From contig JBDSBE010000082.1 in NCBI GenBank assembly GCA_039921745.1, positions 42,418 to 106,417 on the forward strand: a DNA stretch of 64,000 nt, given 5' to 3'. The notes beneath the pieces are model-generated. The model had not been told where the DNA came from. It was given only the letters and a program-made list of their open reading frames with translations, and did not search any database. This DNA comes from Ilumatobacteraceae bacterium (GTDB lineage Bacteria; Actinomycetota; Acidimicrobiia; Acidimicrobiales; Ilumatobacteraceae). The position numbers were made by a program, and so were the translations under genes. This document shows, piece after piece, positions 59,275-64,000 of this stretch (its first letter is position 1; the number at the start of each line of letters is the position of its first letter).

Positions 59275-60048
59275 TCAGAAGCGACCGCCGTCGACCATGA
59301 ACTGCTGAGCGGTACAGCCGCCGCTGTCGTCCGCCGCAAGGAAGAGGATCATCTGGACGAACTCGTCCGGCGTGATCCGCTTCTTGAGTGCCTGGTCGTC
59401 GAGTGTGCCCTGCTCTCCCTCCGGTGTCCACCACTTCTCCAGTTGCCGTTCGGTCGCGACCCAGCCGGGCAGCACCGTGTTGACACGAACGTTGTCCGGC
59501 CCGAACGTGCGCGCCATCGTGCGCGTGATGCCTTCGACGCCGGACTTGGCGATCGCGTAGCCCGGGAAGCAGTCCTCCTGCATCATGTAGCTGCTCGACC
59601 CGACGTTCACGATCGACCCGAGCCCGGCCTCCACCATCTGCGGGGCGAGCGCCTGGATCGCGAAGAAGTAGTGCCGCAGGTTGACGTTGATCCGGTTGTT
59701 CCAGTACTCGACCGTCACATCGCGCCAGTCGTGACGGTCGTCGTTGGCGGCGTTGTTGACGAGCACCGTCACCCCGCCGAGTTCGTCCACCGCTCTGGCG
59801 CACGCGGCCCGGAGCGCGTCGATGTCGAGCAGGTCGACCTCGTAGAACACCGGCGCGTGGGATGCCCCGGCGGCGATGCAGCGCTCGATCGTGGCATGCG
59901 CGTACCGGACGTTCTTGTCGACGAACGCAACCCTGCTGCCCTGCCGGGCGAAGTGTTCGACCACGGCGCTCCCGATCCCGTCGGCACCGCCGGTGACGAA
60001 CACGGTGCGGTCGACGAGCGACGGATAGGTGGCGTAATTCGTGGTCAT
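59275..60048 (-). CDS. SDR, D-xylose/aldose 1-dehydrogenase-like
   Basis: YPSL..VTGGADGIG, VLVNNAANDDRH, INVNLRH, YAIAK, TERQLEKWWTPEG; resembles Caulobacter XylB from memory. Confidence 0.8.
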   Translation of the reverse strand: MTTNYATYPSLVDRTVFVTGGADGIGSAVVEHFARQGSRVAFVDKNVRYAHATIERCIAAGASHAPVFYEVDLLDIDALRAACARAVDELGGVTVLVNNAANDDRHDWRDVTVEYWNNRINVNLRHYFFAIQALAPQMVEAGLGSIVNVGSSSYMMQEDCFPGYAIAKSGVEGITRTMARTFGPDNVRVNTVLPGWVATERQLEKWWTPEGEQGTLDDQALKKRITPDEFVQMILFLAADDSGGCTAQQFMVDGGRF

Positions 60049-60959
60049 GGGTGCTCCTCGGAACGCGGGGTGGGTGTGATCGGTGCGAAGTCGTAGACCT
60101 CCGCGGGATTGTCGACCAGGACGCGTCGGCGCAGTGCCTCGGTCGGCAACCAGTCGTCGCGCAGCGCGCAAAGATCGAACGGCGTGGGCGGGCGGTCCTG
60201 GCCCGGGTGCGGCCAGTTCGAAGCCCACAGGACGCGTTCGGGGGCCCGTGCGACGAGTTCGTGCGCCAGCGCGCTCACGGCCGGATACGTGGGCGCCCCG
60301 TCGCGCATCGATTCGTACGGCGCGGACAGCTTGACCCAGCATCGGCCGTCGTCGATCAACCCGAGCAGCAGCCGGAAGGCCGGGTCGTCGGTGGTGACCG
60401 GCGGCATGAACCTGCCGACGTGGTCGACGACGATCGGGGCCCGGAGCCGTCGAAGGACACTGATCCGATCTGGAAGCTCGCGGCCGTTCAGTTGGAGTTG
60501 GATGTGCCAACCGCGGGCTGTGACGCGGTCGCCCACCGTCTCGATGACCTCCCACGGGACCGCACCACCGGGCAGCATGTGGAACCTCGCGCCGCGGGCT
60601 CCGAGCGCAGTCAGGCGGTCGATCTCGTCATCGGGCGTGGTGTCGTCGATGACGACGACCAGTCGGGCTGCGTCGCCGACGGCGGACGCGGCGGCAATCT
60701 GACACGAGTTGTCGAGCCCGTACGTGGTCGGTTGGACGAACACCACACGTTCGAGGCCGAGCGCCTCCTGGACGGTGCGGTACTCGGCGGTCGACGCGTC
60801 GGGGGGCCGCAGTACGGCCGCCGGGCTGACGGGGTACGAGTGGTCGTACACGTGGACATGCGTGTCGCAGCCCCCCTCCCATCTCTCGTTCTGGGCAGGG
60901 TTCGGACGCTCCTGGCAGTCCATTCCCTGCCCAGAACGAGAGATGGGAGGGGGGCTCAT
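60045..60959 (-). CDS. Amidohydrolase_2 family sugar-lactone lactonase/isomerase-like
   Basis: CDTHVHVYD, VQPTTYGLDN, VDHVGR, WVKLSAPY, WASNWPHP; ATG overlaps the upstream stop. Confidence 0.85.
   Translation of the reverse strand: MSPPPISRSGQGMDCQERPNPAQNERWEGGCDTHVHVYDHSYPVSPAAVLRPPDASTAEYRTVQEALGLERVVFVQPTTYGLDNSCQIAAASAVGDAARLVVVIDDTTPDDEIDRLTALGARGARFHMLPGGAVPWEVIETVGDRVTARGWHIQLQLNGRELPDRISVLRRLRAPIVVDHVGRFMPPVTTDDPAFRLLLGLIDDGRCWVKLSAPYESMRDGAPTYPAVSALAHELVARAPERVLWASNWPHPGQDRPPTPFDLCALRDDWLPTEALRRRVLVDNPAEVYDFAPITPTPRSEEHP
60869..60956. repeat. 88-bp palindromic element (32-bp perfect inverted arms, 24-nt loop) inside the 5' end of a CDS
   Basis: AGCCCCCCTCCCATCTCTCGTTCTGGGCAGGG at 60869-60900 is the exact reverse complement of 60925-60956. 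Confidence 0.93.
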
Positions 60960-61954
60960 GGCTGCCACCAGTGGCGGAGGCGTTCGGCGTGCTCGGGGTT
61001 GACGGCGCGGGGCGGCATCTCGCCGGCGATGATCGCACGCACCTGGTCGACGGAGCTCCGCGCCTGGGCATCGGCGTTCTCCGACGTGAGCCCACCCAGA
61101 TGCGGTGTCGCCACGACGTCGGGCCGCCGGGCGAGCGCCGGTGACGGCCGCTGATCGGCGGCGCGGCCGACGTCCATCGCCAGCCCGCCGAGATGTCCCG
61201 AATCGAGGGCCGCTTCAACCGCGTCCTCGTCCATCAGTTCGCCCCGCGAAACATTCACGAGCACCGTGCCCGGCCGCATCTGCGAGATCGCGGCCGCGTC
61301 GATGATGTTCTCCGTCTCCGGCACCGACGCGGCCAGCGGCAGCACGACGTCGGCTCGGGCGAGCAGTGCGTCGAACGCGATGTGCTCGTACCCGTCGGCC
61401 CGAACCGCGTACTCGACCGCGGGGTCATTGACGATAACGGTCATCCCGAGTGCCTGGAGCACCGGAGCGAGGTACCGGGCAATCGACCCGTACCCGATCA
61501 TGCCGGCGGTCCTGCCCCGCAGTTGGAATCCGGTGCGCTGCGGCGGTTCGACGTCACGGCGGTAATCCAGCGTCGAATCGCTGACGTGACGGGCGACGTC
61601 GAGCAGCAGGGCGAGCGCGATCTCGGCCGTCGACGGCACGAAACTCTTGTCGGCACGTGCGACGAGCACGCCGGCCGCCGATGCCGCACCCACATCGACC
61701 GTCGAGATGTCGACCGCGGTGCGCAGGAACGCGATCAGGTCGGGCGACGAAGCGAACAGCGCCGCCTCGCCCGGAGTCGAACGATGCGCCACGATGACGT
61801 CGCAGCCGGCCGCCGCCACGATCAGTTCGGCGGTGGTCAGGTCACGTCCGTTCGGGTTGATCACGACGTCCGCGACGGCACGCAGTTCGGGGAGTGCCCG
61901 CCCGTAGTAAGCGTTCAGGTCTTCTGGGTCGTGGGTCAGGAACACCGTGATCAC
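60956..61954 (-). CDS. D-isomer-specific 2-hydroxyacid dehydrogenase family
   Basis: GMIGYGSIA, LVNVSRGEL, ATPHLGG. Confidence 0.88.
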   Translation of the reverse strand: MITVFLTHDPEDLNAYYGRALPELRAVADVVINPNGRDLTTAELIVAAAGCDVIVAHRSTPGEAALFASSPDLIAFLRTAVDISTVDVGAASAAGVLVARADKSFVPSTAEIALALLLDVARHVSDSTLDYRRDVEPPQRTGFQLRGRTAGMIGYGSIARYLAPVLQALGMTVIVNDPAVEYAVRADGYEHIAFDALLARADVVLPLAASVPETENIIDAAAISQMRPGTVLVNVSRGELMDEDAVEAALDSGHLGGLAMDVGRAADQRPSPALARRPDVVATPHLGGLTSENADAQARSSVDQVRAIIAGEMPPRAVNPEHAERLRHWWQP

Positions 61955-62001
61955 GAAGCCCGAACCTACCCAGTCAGCAGGGCGCTGATACCGTCGGCGC
62001 A

Positions 62002-62835
62002 ATGGGCCGCCACGCGATCAAGACCCCTCCCCACCACGCCGCATGGCAGCAATTCCTCGATACCTGGGTGGAGGCCGACGGGATCGAGGTGTTCGAATCG
62101 GCGTGGACCTGGGATCACTTCTATCCGCTCGGCGAGCCCTACGACGGCCCGAATCTCGAGGGCTGGACGATGCTCGCTGCGCTCGCGCAGGCCACCGAGC
62201 GGCTTCGGATCGGTGCGATGGTGAACGGGATGCACCACCGGCATCCGGCCGTGACCGCCAACATGGCCGCGACGCTCGACATCATCTCCGGGGGCCGGCT
62301 GATCCTCGGCATGGGCGCGGGATGGAACGAGATGGAGTCGGCCGCCTACGGTATCGAACTCGGGACCATGACCGAACGGTTCGACCGACTCGACGAGGGC
62401 ATCGAGGTCATCCGGTCACTGCTCGACAACCGGGTCACGAACTTCGCCGGGGAGATCTACACGGTCACCGACGCCTGGTGCGAGCCCAAGCCGGTGCAGA
62501 CCAAACTGCCGCTCGCGATCGGGGGCAAGGGGCCGAAGCGAACGTTGCGGACGGTCGCCCGGTGGGCCGACCAGTGGGACATGACGTTCCCCGACGACCC
62601 GGACGCGTGGAAGCGTCTCGACGATGTGCTTCGTTCACACTGTGAGGAGTGCGGGCGGGATGAGACCGAGATCGAACGCTCGGTGCATCTCGGTTTCGGT
62701 CCCGAGGACGATCCGGAGGCACTGGCAGATCGCGCAGCGGCCTTCCATGCGGCCGGCGTCGACCTCATCGTGTGGTCGATGCGCGGCGCGATCGACCCGG
62801 CCCGCCTCGCCCCGCTCGCGGACGCCCTGCGGTAG
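62002..62835 (+). CDS. LLM-class F420-dependent oxidoreductase
   Basis: WDHFYP, EGWTMLAALA, DIISGGRLILGMGAGW, PKPVQ, IGGKGPKRTL. Confidence 0.9.
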   Translation: MGRHAIKTPPHHAAWQQFLDTWVEADGIEVFESAWTWDHFYPLGEPYDGPNLEGWTMLAALAQATERLRIGAMVNGMHHRHPAVTANMAATLDIISGGRLILGMGAGWNEMESAAYGIELGTMTERFDRLDEGIEVIRSLLDNRVTNFAGEIYTVTDAWCEPKPVQTKLPLAIGGKGPKRTLRTVARWADQWDMTFPDDPDAWKRLDDVLRSHCEECGRDETEIERSVHLGFGPEDDPEALADRAAAFHAAGVDLIVWSMRGAIDPARLAPLADALR

Positions 62836-62861
62836 CCCCGACAGGCTGGGTCGCGGACGCG

Positions 62862-63164
62862 TCAGGCGAGGGGAGTGGCTTCGGAGATCGTGTAGCGGTG
62901 GAGATTGCGTCCGGTGACCGGCAGGTCGGCCGACCTGGCTCGCCATTCGGCCATGTGCGCCGAGTCGAAGTGGCCCTGCAGCGACTCGTCGTCGTCCCAC
63001 AATTCGTAGAGGCGGACGAGGTCGGCATCGTCCGGGTCCGGCGTAAAGGCGTACGTTTGGCATCCCGACTCCTGGAGCGTGGCGGTCACCATCGGTGCCA
63101 CTGCCTCGAAGAACTGTGCTCGGGTCCCTGGTTCCATCCGGATCTCGCCGGCGATGATCAACAT
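62862..63164 (-). CDS. Antibiotic biosynthesis monooxygenase (ABM) family
   Basis: ESGCQTYAF, LYELWDD, HFDSAHM. Confidence 0.88.
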   Translation of the reverse strand: MLIIAGEIRMEPGTRAQFFEAVAPMVTATLQESGCQTYAFTPDPDDADLVRLYELWDDDESLQGHFDSAHMAEWRARSADLPVTGRNLHRYTISEATPLA

Positions 63165-63211
63165 GTCCGGACAGTAGCGACTCGGTTCGTCCGCTCTGGC
63201 ACACTGGGCTG

Positions 63212-63655
63212 ATGCCAATCGAGGGTGAGTACGTTCCGAGCAGTTCGCAGTGGGTCGCCGACCAGGTCGCCGAGTACGAATCGTCGAACGGCGAGCGCGC
63301 ATCGACGCTGCGCGAAACCGGGATTCCCGTCATCATCGTCACGATGCGAGGCAGTTCGTCGGGGAACGTCCGCAAGATCGCGCTCATGCGCGTCGAGCAC
63401 GACGGTGACTACGCGCTCGTTGCATCGATGGGCGGCGCGCCCGACAACCCGGGGTGGTACCACAACCTCGTCGCCGACTCGCACGTCATGATCCAGGACG
63501 GCCCCGAACCGCACGACTTCGACGTGCGCATCGTGGAGGGCGACGAGCGCGCCGAGTGGTGGGATCGGGCCGTCGCGGTGTTCCCGACGTACGCCGATTA
63601 CGAGGCCAAGACCGATCGCCACATCCCCGTGTTCGTCGCACAGCCACGCCCCTGA
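63212..63655 (+). CDS. Deazaflavin-dependent nitroreductase (Ddn family)
   Basis: LVASMGGAPDNPGWYHNL, YADYEAKTDRHIPVF. Confidence 0.92.
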   Translation: MPIEGEYVPSSSQWVADQVAEYESSNGERASTLRETGIPVIIVTMRGSSSGNVRKIALMRVEHDGDYALVASMGGAPDNPGWYHNLVADSHVMIQDGPEPHDFDVRIVEGDERAEWWDRAVAVFPTYADYEAKTDRHIPVFVAQPRP

Positions 63656-63659
63656 CCAC

Positions 63660-63743
63660 TTCTCCCCAGGCCGTTCACAGGCTCGTCCACAGGGAAATTC
63701 ACACGTTTTCCCGGGTGACGTTCCACAGGGCAGTTGGTTCACA
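63660..63743 (+). promoter_or_regulatory. Cluster of DnaA-box-like direct repeats
   Basis: TTCTCCCCA 63660, CCGTTCACA 63671, TCGTCCACA 63683, AAATTCACA 63695, CGTTCCACA 63719, TGGTTCACA 63735. Confidence 0.45.
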
Positions 63744-63751
63744 ATGAGACA

Positions 63752-64000
63752 ATGGCATCGAGCGTCCTGACGACCGGCAAGCGAGCGCGACAGCACGGAG
63801 CGGTGCTCGCGCCGTCCGATCGCCGTGAACTCGAACGCGGCGGATGGCGAACGACGCTCGACTACCGGGAGAACCACGTACGCGGACTCGACGGTCGCCT
63901 GCTGCGGGTCGAGCCGGTCTGGACGGCCGAGGCAGAACGATTCGACGGCCCGCTCGTCGTCGCGAGTGCCGTGGGCGCCTCGGAAGCGGCGGCGTGGAGT
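63752..64000 (+). CDS. Hypothetical protein, N-terminal part; runs off the window edge
   Basis: Read by hand: MASSVLTTGKRARQHGAVLAPSDRRELERGGWRTTLDYRENHVRG..., open to the end; CACAAT-N6-ATG. Confidence 0.6.
   Translation, partial: MASSVLTTGKRARQHGAVLAPSDRRELERGGWRTTLDYRENHVRGLDGRLLRVEPVWTAEAERFDGPLVVASAVGASEAAAWS

Overview
High-GC actinobacterial core chromosome. Gene order and content (mycothiol ligase, F420 enzymes, proteasome activator Bpa, PIM genes, murB inside the dcw cluster) suggest Acidimicrobiia/Ilumatobacter-like; this is inference. In order: a MoxR-DUF58-transglutaminase operon; a degenerate ROK protein, acyl-CoA dehydrogenase, HNH and LplA genes; the dcw cluster (mraZ-rsmH-ftsL-ftsI-murE-mraY-murD-ftsW-murG-murC-murB-ftsQ-ftsZ-pgeF-yggS-sepF-divIVA, no murF); a translational T-box plus ileS; a receiver/GT2 pseudogene; histone-like-DksA, lspA, rluA; rrf2, a phosphodiesterase, bpa, dnaE; redox and lipid genes (fabI, npdG, mshC); thrS-HIT-orf-pgsA-patA-[PAS-GGDEF-EAL]-pimA; lemA-htpX-DUF3048; a small sugar-oxidation/nucleoside cluster; and F420 oxidoreductases. 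I saw no rRNA, tRNA, CRISPR, prophage or transposase, and no clearly new multi-gene system. The best leads are: an 88-bp palindromic element read in-frame as the N-terminus of an amidohydrolase; a catalytically dead ROK protein that keeps its Zn site; a cysteine-free DdbA/DksA; a His/Asp tract in DivIVA; a c-di-GMP enzyme splitting the PIM operon; and pervasive leaderless promoters. All product calls come from motif recognition, not database searches.
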